The notes under the pieces were generated by a model, which was not told where the DNA came from, did no database searches, and saw nothing but the letters and a program-made list of their open reading frames with translations. The position numbers and the translations under genes were made by a program. DNA of 64,000 bases, taken from positions 97,185 through 161,184 of the forward strand of contig JBMHDV010000027.1 of NCBI GenBank assembly GCA_049889215.1, given 5' to 3'. This stretch comes from Candidatus Marinamargulisbacteria bacterium. GTDB taxonomy: Bacteria > Margulisbacteria > Marinamargulisbacteria > UBA817. Position 1 is the first letter of the stretch; every line of letters begins with the position of its first letter. Below, one piece after another: positions 40,820-50,096 of this stretch.

Positions 40820-41962
40820 TTGAATCAATTGAGTAAAGTTTCATCCATTGCTAAAATAATTGGCGAGATGAATTGGCCGGTAATAAATGATAAAGATACC
40901 CAAATGGTTGAAATAGACGATAAGTCTTATGTTAATTTCACATCGAATGATTATTTGGGGCTGTCTGTTGATGAACAATTAAAGCAAGGAATGATAAATA
41001 GCATTCAAACGTATGGCTGTGGGTCAACGGGTTCAAGACGTTTGTCAGGAAATCATCAATTATTTTTAGATGTTGAAGGGTTGGTATCATCTTGGGTTGG
41101 ACAGCCATCGGGAGTATTTTTTAATTCTGGCTTTCAAATGAATGTCGCCATATTTCAGACACTTGCAACTCAGTCTACGCTTATACTTGCAGATAAACTT
41201 AGTCATGCAAGCTTGGTTGATGGAATAATAAATTCAACTGCACCATGGAAGCGATTTCGGCATAATGATATGGATCATTTGAACCAGTTATTATCAAAAT
41301 ATCATACGCAATATGATCAGATTTTTGTTGTTGTTGAAAGCATATACAGCATGGATGGTGATCAAGCAGATCTTTATGGCCTAGTTCAATTAAAACTAAA
41401 GTATGGATTCAAATTAATTGTTGATGAAGCGCATGCCATCGGTGTTTATGGAGATCAGGGGAGAGGTTTAGTGAGTCATCAAAATTTAGTATCATCGGTA
41501 GACATTATCTTATTAACATTTGGTAAGGCATTTGGGCTATCTGGTGCCGCACTTTTATCTGATGAAAAAACAACAGCAGAAATCAAATTAAGGTGTCGTT
41601 CTTACATATATTCAACAGCGCTACCTCTTCCAAATATTGCCGCAATCAAGACAGCATTAAATCTTGTGATATCAGCAAATATACAACGAGAACAGTTGTA
41701 TCAAAACATTGATTTATTTAAATCATTGGTGTCAACAAAGTCCTTAACACAAATCCAACCAGTAATCATCGGTGAAAAAGACAAGGCAAATCAACTTGAG
41801 CAATATTTAATGGAGCATGGAATATTTTCTAGAGCCGTGCACCATCCCACAGTTCCTTATGGGGAATCTCGATTAAGAATAACTGTGCTAAGCCATCACA
41901 CGTCAACTCAAATAGTTGAGTGTGCCACAAAAATAAATGCTTGGTTAACCAATGAGCAATAA
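40820..41962 (+). CDS. bioF: 8-amino-7-oxononanoate synthase
   Basis: NFTSNDYLGL, GSTGSRRLSG, SHASLVDG, SMDGD, DEAHA, TFGKAFG. Confidence 0.95.
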   Translation: MNQLSKVSSIAKIIGEMNWPVINDKDTQMVEIDDKSYVNFTSNDYLGLSVDEQLKQGMINSIQTYGCGSTGSRRLSGNHQLFLDVEGLVSSWVGQPSGVFFNSGFQMNVAIFQTLATQSTLILADKLSHASLVDGIINSTAPWKRFRHNDMDHLNQLLSKYHTQYDQIFVVVESIYSMDGDQADLYGLVQLKLKYGFKLIVDEAHAIGVYGDQGRGLVSHQNLVSSVDIILLTFGKAFGLSGAALLSDEKTTAEIKLRCRSYIYSTALPLPNIAAIKTALNLVISANIQREQLYQNIDLFKSLVSTKSLTQIQPVIIGEKDKANQLEQYLMEHGIFSRAVHHPTVPYGESRLRITVLSHHTSTQIVECATKINAWLTNEQ

Positions 41963-42650
41963 CCTATTTTCTTGGGTCCATGTAAATCGCAATGTTGAAA
42001 AAACGTATGTAGTTATTCCAGGTTGGACAATATTACCTCACTATTTTACTGCTATCTTACCAAATTTTAATTTAATAATATTAAATCCATTTGTCTGTTC
42101 AAAAAGCCAGACAATTGAGTACATAAATCAATGTCAAATAAACGGAGATATTCAAATTGTTGAGCGGTCACCAGCTAGCTTAAAAACCATAGATGGGATT
42201 TATATATTTTCAATGGGACTTCAATGGGTAAAGAAACATGCGGAATATTGGCTCAATCAACCATGCATAATCCAATCGCCTTCATCTAGCTATATGGAGA
42301 GTGAATTAAAAAAAATAATTATGAGTTTTCAAAAGTCATCAAAGGCAACATTAATTGCATTTTATAAACAGGCCGTTGGTTCATCAGGTGCTTGGAAATG
42401 GTTGCGAGACCACTTTTTAGAGTCACATTTACAGTATGTTGATGAAATCAGTGCGCACTCATGGCTCGTTAATTATGCATACGAAAAAGTTGATCTGCCT
42501 GACGCATCAGGAATAACCATTCTTTTGGACAAAAATGACCCCATTGGCATTAAGCCCAAGCCCCCAATTAATTCAAAGGCAAACTGGGTGTTTCATGATT
42601 ATGGACATTTATTGACTCCATCGGATCATAAAACAGTGATAAACTTATAA
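41952..42650 (+). CDS. Divergent alpha/beta-hydrolase, putative pimeloyl-ACP methyl ester esterase
   Basis: IPGW, IFSMG (Ser87), DKNDPI (Asp196), GH (His219); sits between bioF and bioC. Confidence 0.6.
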   Translation: MSNNLFSWVHVNRNVEKTYVVIPGWTILPHYFTAILPNFNLIILNPFVCSKSQTIEYINQCQINGDIQIVERSPASLKTIDGIYIFSMGLQWVKKHAEYWLNQPCIIQSPSSSYMESELKKIIMSFQKSSKATLIAFYKQAVGSSGAWKWLRDHFLESHLQYVDEISAHSWLVNYAYEKVDLPDASGITILLDKNDPIGIKPKPPINSKANWVFHDYGHLLTPSDHKTVINL

Positions 42651-42654
42651 CTTA

Positions 42655-43386
42655 ATGACAAAGACATTTGAAAAGGCGGCAGAAACATATCGTTTTAATG
42701 CTAAGGTTCAACAAAAAACAGCTGAAAATATCATGTCCATGTGTTCAAATGTGAACCCAAAAGTTATATTAGATATTGGTTGCGGATCAGGGATATTAAC
42801 TGAAAAAATAAGTAAAAAATACCCTTCGAGTACGGTTACAGCGATTGATTCTTCTGCAAATATGTTGAAGCAATTTGATTTAGAAACTGTGGCTAAAGTT
42901 CATGCAAATTTTGAGGAATGGACACCAGCCCAGTCATTTGATCTGATTGTTTCGAATGCTGCCTTGCATTGGATGAATATTCACAATGCAATCGATAAGA
43001 TATCATCACATTTAGCGCCATCTGGTCGATGTATTGCATCAATTTATACGAAAAGTTCATGCCAAGAATTAAAAAAATCATTAAAAGCAATCGGTCGAAA
43101 CAATCAATTGCCAGTGGATATATTCCCATCAATAAATGAATGTACGAAAATCATAAAAGATGGATTTAAGAACGCATCGTATTCAGTGAATAAACTAACT
43201 GTAGAATTTAAAACAATCAAAGAGTTGCTAATAAATCAAAAGAAAACAGGAGTAAATCAAAAATCAGTTAACGAAGGTCTTTGGACACCTAATACACTGA
43301 GTCAGCTAGAAAAAGCATTTATTGATGAGTATGGAAGTATTCGATTAACATATGATGTAATAACATTTAAAGGGCTTGGAATTTAA
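42655..43386 (+). CDS. bioC: Malonyl-ACP O-methyltransferase
   Basis: FEKAAETY..AKVQ, ILDIGCGSG, FDLIVSNAALHW, LTYDV; in the bio operon. Confidence 0.88.
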   Translation: MTKTFEKAAETYRFNAKVQQKTAENIMSMCSNVNPKVILDIGCGSGILTEKISKKYPSSTVTAIDSSANMLKQFDLETVAKVHANFEEWTPAQSFDLIVSNAALHWMNIHNAIDKISSHLAPSGRCIASIYTKSSCQELKKSLKAIGRNNQLPVDIFPSINECTKIIKDGFKNASYSVNKLTVEFKTIKELLINQKKTGVNQKSVNEGLWTPNTLSQLEKAFIDEYGSIRLTYDVITFKGLGI

Positions 43387-44038
43387 AGTGAGACTGGATA
43401 CAACATCAACATTTGAACAGTATTTAAATCATGAGGAAATATGCATTACTGGTACCGATACAGGCATTGGAAAAACAGTTGTGACAGGATTATTAGCGAA
43501 AAAATTAGCAGAAACAAAAAAAGTCGTAACACAAAAGTGGGTTCAATCAGGTGATCTAGACAACCCTGACATTAAAACGCATGATAAATTATCTGGATTA
43601 TCAATTTCTTCTGAATTTATAAAAGATCGACAAGTTTATTCATTCAAGACTCCAGCATCACCTCATTTAGCTGCATCCATAGAAAATACGTGTATTCAGC
43701 CACAAAAGTTGGTTCAGGCTACACATCGCTTAAAAGCGGCCTTTGATACTGTGCTTATTGAAACCAGTGGAGGTGTGATGGTTCCGTTAAGTGAGTCAAT
43801 GACGATTGGAGATGTAATTGCTAGTATTTCATTGCCAACAATTTTAGTTGTTCCTAATAAATTAGGGACAATTAACCATACCCTACTAACGGCTCATTAT
43901 TTAAAGACAAATAATATTCCATTAGTAGGATTTATATTGAATAATTTTGAACCAAGCTCAGATGCAATTAGTAGAGATAACCCAAAAATAATATCAAAAC
44001 TTATGAATATGCCACACATAGCAACAGTCAATAATTAA
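43376..44038 (+). CDS. bioD: Dethiobiotin synthase
   Basis: ITGTDTGIGKT, PASPHLAA, IETSGG, LGTINHTLLT. Confidence 0.95.
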   Translation: MEFKVRLDTTSTFEQYLNHEEICITGTDTGIGKTVVTGLLAKKLAETKKVVTQKWVQSGDLDNPDIKTHDKLSGLSISSEFIKDRQVYSFKTPASPHLAASIENTCIQPQKLVQATHRLKAAFDTVLIETSGGVMVPLSESMTIGDVIASISLPTILVVPNKLGTINHTLLTAHYLKTNNIPLVGFILNNFEPSSDAISRDNPKIISKLMNMPHIATVNN

Positions 44039-44094
44039 CGCTAAACCATTGAACATGATTTGACCAAATAGCAACTCGGCCATACACTTTATTA

Positions 44095-45387
44095 GTGAAT
44101 TTAGATACGAAAACTTATCCAATAAAACAAGATTTGGCAGTGAATTGGCATCCATTCATGCAAATGAAAGATTTCGAGACCTATCCGCCAAAGCATATTA
44201 TTCAGGCGAATGGGATCAAGTTATTTTCTGATGATTCGTGGTATTACGATACAATTTCTAGTTGGTGGTGTAATATTTTAGGGCATTGTCACCCAAAAAT
44301 CTCTGCAGCACTTAAAGCTCAAGTGGATACGTTGGACCATATTATGTTTGGGAACTTTACGCATGATCCGGCAATACAGCTATCAACAAAACTGGTAAAT
44401 ATAACACCCGATGGTCTGTCGAGAGTGTATTACTCTGATAATGGGTCAACCGCCATTGAAGTTGCGTTAAAAATGTCGTTGCATTATTGGGTCAATAAAT
44501 CGTACAAGAGCAAAAATAAACTTGTATTTTTTGAAGGGTCTTATCATGGTGATACCATTGGTGCAATGAGCGTGAGTGGCGTAAGTCAGTACAATCAGAT
44601 GTTTCGTCCACTGATGTTTGATGGTATTCAGATGCCAGATCCATCCACAAGTGAAGATCATGCTTTAAGTCAATTGGAGCTAACGTTAAAAAATGAATCG
44701 GATAATATAGCTGCTGTAATTATTGAGCCATTAATCATGGGGGCAGGGGGAATGAAATTAACAAGCCCTCGTTTTTTTAAAACAGTTTCAGAGTTAGCAA
44801 AGAAATATAATGTTCATCTTATTTCGGATGAAGTGGCTACTGGTTTTGGTCGGACCGGCCACCTATTTGCTTCTGAAATTGCAGGGGTATCTCCTGATTT
44901 TATGTGTTTATCAAAGGCATTAACCAATGGGCAGTTTCCATTGGCGGTTACCATGACAACGGATGATGTCTTTAAGGCATTTTATGATGATTTTTCCAAA
45001 GGAAAAACATTTTATCATGGCCATACTTTTACAGCGAATCCTCTGGGGTGTGCGATAGCAAATGCAACATTAGATGAATTGGCCACCTGGCATTGGCAGC
45101 CCCATGTAAAATCATTGGAAGCATCACTGAAGTCTGGTGTGCAAAAATTAGCTGATCGATTTTCTTGGGTTCATCATCCAAGAAATTTAGGAACTGTTGC
45201 GGCTATCGATTGTCAATTGACTGAAGATCGTGCGTTATTTAAATTATCTCAGTTAGGATTTGAGAACAACTTAACCATTCGGCCATTGCACAAATCAATT
45301 TATTTGTATCTACCATTAGTTACTACAACAGCCGAGTGCAATGACATATTCAATCGCTTAGAAAATGTATTAAATCATTTTGATTAA
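44095..45387 (+). CDS. bioA: Adenosylmethionine-8-amino-7-oxononanoate aminotransferase
   Basis: WHPFMQM, SSWW, DNGSTAIEVALKM, YHGDT, DEVATGFGRTG, LSKAL. Preceded by TTGACC-N17-TACACT 6 nt before the GTG. Confidence 0.96.
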   Translation: MNLDTKTYPIKQDLAVNWHPFMQMKDFETYPPKHIIQANGIKLFSDDSWYYDTISSWWCNILGHCHPKISAALKAQVDTLDHIMFGNFTHDPAIQLSTKLVNITPDGLSRVYYSDNGSTAIEVALKMSLHYWVNKSYKSKNKLVFFEGSYHGDTIGAMSVSGVSQYNQMFRPLMFDGIQMPDPSTSEDHALSQLELTLKNESDNIAAVIIEPLIMGAGGMKLTSPRFFKTVSELAKKYNVHLISDEVATGFGRTGHLFASEIAGVSPDFMCLSKALTNGQFPLAVTMTTDDVFKAFYDDFSKGKTFYHGHTFTANPLGCAIANATLDELATWHWQPHVKSLEASLKSGVQKLADRFSWVHHPRNLGTVAAIDCQLTEDRALFKLSQLGFENNLTIRPLHKSIYLYLPLVTTTAECNDIFNRLENVLNHFD

Positions 45388-45431
45388 TGCGCCTATTTTA
45401 AATTCATTCACATTCTTATATAATTTAACCT

Positions 45432-45653
45432 ATGCAAACTACATTATTAATTATTGAAATAATTTCGGGGGTGCTACTTGTTGGTGCAATATTATTGCAT
45501 TCTCCTAAAAACGAAGGTATGGGTGCCATTGGCGGACAAGCACGATCATTTAAACCTGTGGGTGATGACCTTGAGTCAGGAATTAAAAAGTTAACATTTT
45601 TATTGGCTGTTTTATTCTTTGGTTCTGCATTACTTCTTGGTCTTGTTTTTTAA
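45432..45653 (+). CDS. secG: Preprotein translocase subunit SecG
   Basis: Two TM helices flanking ILLHSPKNEGMGAIGG. Confidence 0.88.
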   Translation: MQTTLLIIEIISGVLLVGAILLHSPKNEGMGAIGGQARSFKPVGDDLESGIKKLTFLLAVLFFGSALLLGLVF

Positions 45654-45662
45654 GACAACAAA

Positions 45663-47393
45663 ATGTGGAAGTTATTTTCTTGGCTATTTTTATTTAGTCT
45701 AACAATTACAGGTCTAGAGGTAACACTTAATACCCAACTTGATCAAAAACTTGAAGAATTAAAAAGCAACCAAAAATCGAATAAGTATCAATACAATATA
45801 TTGAGAAAAATCGAATTTGTCGGATTAGATAAAGTCGATCAACAACGCATTAAAAATGAAATAAGTGTTGTGAGAGGGGATGTGTTAGACCCATATGTCA
45901 TCAATCGTAATTTAAAACGGATAGAGAGCCTGGGATTTTTTTCTAATGTTTCATCCAAACAAGAAAGTTATGAAGGTGGTGTGAAGTGGATCATTACACT
46001 TGTTGAAAATCCAGTTTTACAGCACATAAAGTTTATTGGAAATGAGTCCATTAATGCTGAGGATTTAACATCCAACTTAACATCGAAAGTGGATGAGTTA
46101 TTTAATTATAATAAAACCCGAGAAGATATTTCTAAAATCGAAGCAAAATATAAAGATGAAGGGTTTATTTTATCCAAAGTTAATAAAGTTGATCTTCCAA
46201 CATTATCAAATCCAACACTGACCTTCTTTATTCAAGAGAGTGAAATCAATGCCATTAGTGTTACTGGAAACACTAAAACAAAAGATTATGTGATATTAAG
46301 AGAACTGGATCTTGAGAAGGGGCAAAAAATAAATGAAATCGAGTTAAGAAAGAATTTAGGTCGTGTTTACAATTTAAATTATTTTTCAGAAGTAATTCCG
46401 GATTTACAGCCATCGATATCTACTAAAAATGTCTATGATTTAATTATCTCAGTTGAAGAAAAATCAACTGACAGTGTAAATTTTGGTGGTGGTTGGGGCC
46501 AGCGAAGCGGTGGGTTTTTATATTCAGATTTAAATATCAATAACTTTTTGGGTACGGGGCAATTAATTGCGTTAAGAGGCCAATGGGGAAATGATTTGCA
46601 AACATATCAGTTTAAATATCATAACCCTTGGATGTTTGGTAAGCGAAAATCATTCACCTATCGTGCCTGGAATACAAGAGGTAATTTTGGATTTAATAAT
46701 ACCATGTCTACAGGTTATCGACCGGAAACGCGTTATGGAATGGATGCCGCTGTAGGGTTACCACATTCTTATGAATTACGTTCGAATCACAAGGTGAAAA
46801 TTGAAGACGTTTACATTTCTAACTCATCAGTTTCAAATGAAGAAAATTACTCAATTCAAAGTTACGCTTATTCGATGTCATATGACACTCGAGATGTTTC
46901 ATTTAACCCTTTAAATGGACGGTATTATTTAGCAACCATTGAAAATGGGTTCAAACTTAAGGCAAATTCTCTTTTATTTACAAAGTATGATGTACAGTTA
47001 TCTCATTTTTTTCAAACATTTGAAAAGCAAACCATTGCGACACGGCTGATTCTTGGTAGGATCAATGGAAATATAGAAGAAACAGAATACTACTATATTG
47101 GCGGACCAAATACTGTTCGAGGTTATGTTGAGTACCCAAACTCATTTGGTTTTGGTAAAAGTCAATTATTAGCCAATATTGAATATCGCTTTCTCATAAG
47201 TGATATGTTTCAGTTTTTATTTTTTGTTGATGCTGGTTGGGCGAGTAATCTGGGTGATGATATAACAGCAGGTAAAATAGGTAAGGGCTTTGGGATTAGA
47301 ATTAATTCTCCATTGGGCCCAATTAGAATCGATTTAGGTATTGACGAATTAGGTGAAAGAAGAACACACTTAAATATAGGACATGTTTTTTAG
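45663..47393 (+). CDS. bamA: Omp85/BamA-family outer membrane assembly protein (about 3 POTRA domains)
   Basis: POTRA repeats (GNTKTKDYVILREL), GGPNTVRGY, SPLGPIRID, C-terminal F. Confidence 0.9.
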   Translation: MWKLFSWLFLFSLTITGLEVTLNTQLDQKLEELKSNQKSNKYQYNILRKIEFVGLDKVDQQRIKNEISVVRGDVLDPYVINRNLKRIESLGFFSNVSSKQESYEGGVKWIITLVENPVLQHIKFIGNESINAEDLTSNLTSKVDELFNYNKTREDISKIEAKYKDEGFILSKVNKVDLPTLSNPTLTFFIQESEINAISVTGNTKTKDYVILRELDLEKGQKINEIELRKNLGRVYNLNYFSEVIPDLQPSISTKNVYDLIISVEEKSTDSVNFGGGWGQRSGGFLYSDLNINNFLGTGQLIALRGQWGNDLQTYQFKYHNPWMFGKRKSFTYRAWNTRGNFGFNNTMSTGYRPETRYGMDAAVGLPHSYELRSNHKVKIEDVYISNSSVSNEENYSIQSYAYSMSYDTRDVSFNPLNGRYYLATIENGFKLKANSLLFTKYDVQLSHFFQTFEKQTIATRLILGRINGNIEETEYYYIGGPNTVRGYVEYPNSFGFGKSQLLANIEYRFLISDMFQFLFFVDAGWASNLGDDITAGKIGKGFGIRINSPLGPIRIDLGIDELGERRTHLNIGHVF

Positions 47394-47403
47394 GAGGAAA
47401 AAA

Positions 47404-47853
47404 TTGAATAAGCTACTTATTATATTAACTTTATTGGTCATAAACTTATCAACAGGAGTGTTTGCTGAAAACTTTGGTATTGTTGATTTACAACGTGTTT
47501 TTGTTGGCTACAATGAAACGGATAAAGCAAGAAAAGATTTTGAAAAAAAGCAGAAAGAGCTAAGAGACGAAATTGAAAGCAAGCAGAAAACAGTAGAAGA
47601 GGCTCAAAAGAATAATAAAAAGCCAGAAGAAATTCAAAAGCTAATTACTGAAATCCAAGAAGATTTACAGCCTAAGCAAGAAGAGCTCATTAAGCTTAAT
47701 AACCAATTAATGGCAAAAATTAGAGCGGATATTATTAAATCAACCAAAAAAGTTGCAAAAGACTATGGCATTGATGTTGTTGTAGATAAGCAAGCAATTT
47801 TAACTGGTGGGTTTGATTTAACTGAATTTGTTATAGAAGACTTAAACAATTAA
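47404..47853 (+). CDS. skp: OmpH/Skp periplasmic chaperone
   Basis: Signal peptide, GIVDLQRV, coiled coil, DLTEFVI; AGGAGG before TTG 47404. Confidence 0.88.
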   Translation: MNKLLIILTLLVINLSTGVFAENFGIVDLQRVFVGYNETDKARKDFEKKQKELRDEIESKQKTVEEAQKNNKKPEEIQKLITEIQEDLQPKQEELIKLNNQLMAKIRADIIKSTKKVAKDYGIDVVVDKQAILTGGFDLTEFVIEDLNN

Positions 47854-48830
47854 TGATTAATTGTCAGAAAATAAATGAAGTTATCAGTGGTACACTCATT
47901 GCTGCAGATACCTCTCTTTTATTTTCAAATGTTGCCTCACCCAGCATGGCAAGTGAGACTGATGTTGTATTTTTATTTGACAATAAAATTAATATAAATG
48001 AGATTAATGCTAAATTAATTGTTACTAAACGTGAGGTTGAGGAATTTAAATTTATTCAAATTCTTCATCCAAATCCTCGTTTAGCAATGGCGAAACTTCT
48101 GCAATACTTTCACCCCTCAATGAACACTGATTTAAGTCATCATGTGCATGAATCTGCTGTTATGGGTGAAAATGTAAATCTTGACAACCCAGTTCAGATT
48201 TCGCCGTCAGTTGTGATAGGCACCAATGTGTCGATTGGTAAAAATACGTACATAGGCCCAAATACAAGCATAGGGAAAAACTGTAAAATTGGTAAGAATT
48301 GCATTATTCATGCAAATGTATCAATTTATAATGACTGCGTTATAGGCGATAATGTTATAATTCACTCCAATTCCACCATCGGAGCTGATGGTTTTGGGTA
48401 TGAAAAGCAAAATCAACAATGGCTAAAAATTCCTCAAATATCGAATGTAATTATTATGAATGATGTTGAAATAGGGAGCCAAACGTCGATTGATAGAGGA
48501 TGTCTATCTTCTACAGTCATAGAGTCTGGAGTAAAAGTGGATAATCAGGTTCAGATAAGCCACAATTGCATTATTGGAGCTGACTCAATTATCGTTAGTG
48601 GGAGCCTAATTGGTGGGAGCTCAAAAATTGGCAAACGGTGCATTCTTGCTGGCAATGCCAATGTGTCTGATAATGTTACGATAGAGGATGATGTAACCGT
48701 GCTAGCATGTTCAGGTGTAACTAAAAACATAAAATCAAATCAGGTTGTATCGGGATTTCCCGCAATTCCTCATCGAGAAGAAATACGGTTTCGAGCATTT
48801 TTAAAACAGCTTTTTAGAAGTAAGAATTGA
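47853..48830 (+). CDS. lpxD: UDP-3-O-acylglucosamine N-acyltransferase
   Basis: Hexapeptide repeats, [27 protein letters not shown]. Confidence 0.95.
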   Translation: MINCQKINEVISGTLIAADTSLLFSNVASPSMASETDVVFLFDNKININEINAKLIVTKREVEEFKFIQILHPNPRLAMAKLLQYFHPSMNTDLSHHVHESAVMGENVNLDNPVQISPSVVIGTNVSIGKNTYIGPNTSIGKNCKIGKNCIIHANVSIYNDCVIGDNVIIHSNSTIGADGFGYEKQNQQWLKIPQISNVIIMNDVEIGSQTSIDRGCLSSTVIESGVKVDNQVQISHNCIIGADSIIVSGSLIGGSSKIGKRCILAGNANVSDNVTIEDDVTVLACSGVTKNIKSNQVVSGFPAIPHREEIRFRAFLKQLFRSKN

Positions 48831-48861
48831 AAATTCATTCAATCCAAGGCAGTATTAGGGT

Positions 48862-49551
48862 ATGAGAATTATTTTACTACTTTTAATTGTGATTATTTCA
48901 AAAGGGATTGCAAGCCCGACAATTTATGGCCCTACTGGACTAATTGAAATGCCAACGGCTGAGTCTATTGCCTACAAACAAGTGAATTTAGCAGTCGATT
49001 ATTCCTTAACAAATAATGATCCAAATAATGCGTTAAATTCTAATGCAAAAGATCCTAAAAATCATTTCTTTTATAAGTTCAATCTTGGATCCTTTGAAAA
49101 CTGGGAACTAGGCGTTTTGGGTGGCTCTTTTTTAGATGAGGGTGTATTTGTAAATATGAAATATTTTCTAATGTCCAATCAGGAAGAAAATCCGTTATCA
49201 ATCGCGGCCGGAATTGAGCGCTTGGGTTCTAAGTCAGATTTAGCAACATATTTAGTTACATCAAAACGCTTTTCTGGTGGATTGCATGGCCATTTCGGTT
49301 TTAAAGCATTCTTTCAAAATAATTTATTTGCTGCTGCGATGATTGGTTTTGAGTATTTTAGTGATGAAAAAATTGCTTTTTTAGCTGATATTACAGGTGA
49401 AGAAAATGCAAAATATATCGTCAACGCTGGAACAAAGATTTTTATTGAAAATGACATTTCTTTGCGATTATTTTTAGTTGATATTACAAAAAGTAGAGAA
49501 GCGAAAGAAACGTTGTACACCTTTGGCTTGTCGATGAGCAAGTATATTTAA
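48862..49551 (+). CDS. Hypothetical exported/outer-membrane protein (YjbH-like N-terminus)
   Basis: Signal peptide followed by GPTGLIEMPTA; beta-strand-rich. Confidence 0.55.
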   Translation: MRIILLLLIVIISKGIASPTIYGPTGLIEMPTAESIAYKQVNLAVDYSLTNNDPNNALNSNAKDPKNHFFYKFNLGSFENWELGVLGGSFLDEGVFVNMKYFLMSNQEENPLSIAAGIERLGSKSDLATYLVTSKRFSGGLHGHFGFKAFFQNNLFAAAMIGFEYFSDEKIAFLADITGEENAKYIVNAGTKIFIENDISLRLFLVDITKSREAKETLYTFGLSMSKYI

Positions 49552-49592
49552 ACTTTGTTGCTTTTATGATAAACTCATTTTAAGGATTAATA

Positions 49593-50096
49593 GTGAATCA
49601 AAACATAGAAGTAAAAATTCAAAAATTAAAAATCAATTATATTGCAACTGCAGATATATTTCCTAAATGCAAAGGCATTGGAAAAACCAAGAAACAAGCT
49701 TTAGAAAAGCTGTCTCAATCGATTTCAAATTTTATAGCATCCATGGTTAGAGAAAATTTGGATAGTGTTTTTTCATCAGAAAATTACACTCAAATTCTTT
49801 TTGACCAATCAAAAGAGAAGCCTGAAGAAGTGATCGGCTTTAATATGTTTAATAAGCAAACGCAAAATTCAAATTTATTGTTTAAGTTCAGCGAGTTTTC
49901 AGATCTGGGAGAAGAAAGTGATAGTACTCTTGATGTTGACTCATCGAATATCAATCAATCACTTCCCGAAAGCTTAGTTGATGCTTTTAACATCATGGAC
50001 GAAACCTTTGAACGAGACGCATATGAACAGCCAACTGTTCATCAACGCACATCACAAGATGCCATTGTTTTTGGCTTTCCTTTAAATTTTAACTAA
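49593..50096 (+). CDS. Hypothetical protein with HicB-like N-terminal domain and acidic tail
   Basis: YIATADIFPKCKGIGKTKKQALEKL resembles HicB 'Y.A..P.LPGC...G.T.EEA'. Stop overlaps the thrS start. Confidence 0.5.
   Translation: MNQNIEVKIQKLKINYIATADIFPKCKGIGKTKKQALEKLSQSISNFIASMVRENLDSVFSSENYTQILFDQSKEKPEEVIGFNMFNKQTQNSNLLFKFSEFSDLGEESDSTLDVDSSNINQSLPESLVDAFNIMDETFERDAYEQPTVHQRTSQDAIVFGFPLNFN

Noticed and set aside
40730-40828. N-terminal 33 aa of the 135-aa ORF-track call for the HigA-like gene
   Set aside because: Overlaps the promoter/palindrome and the bioF start; HigA similarity begins at M40729.
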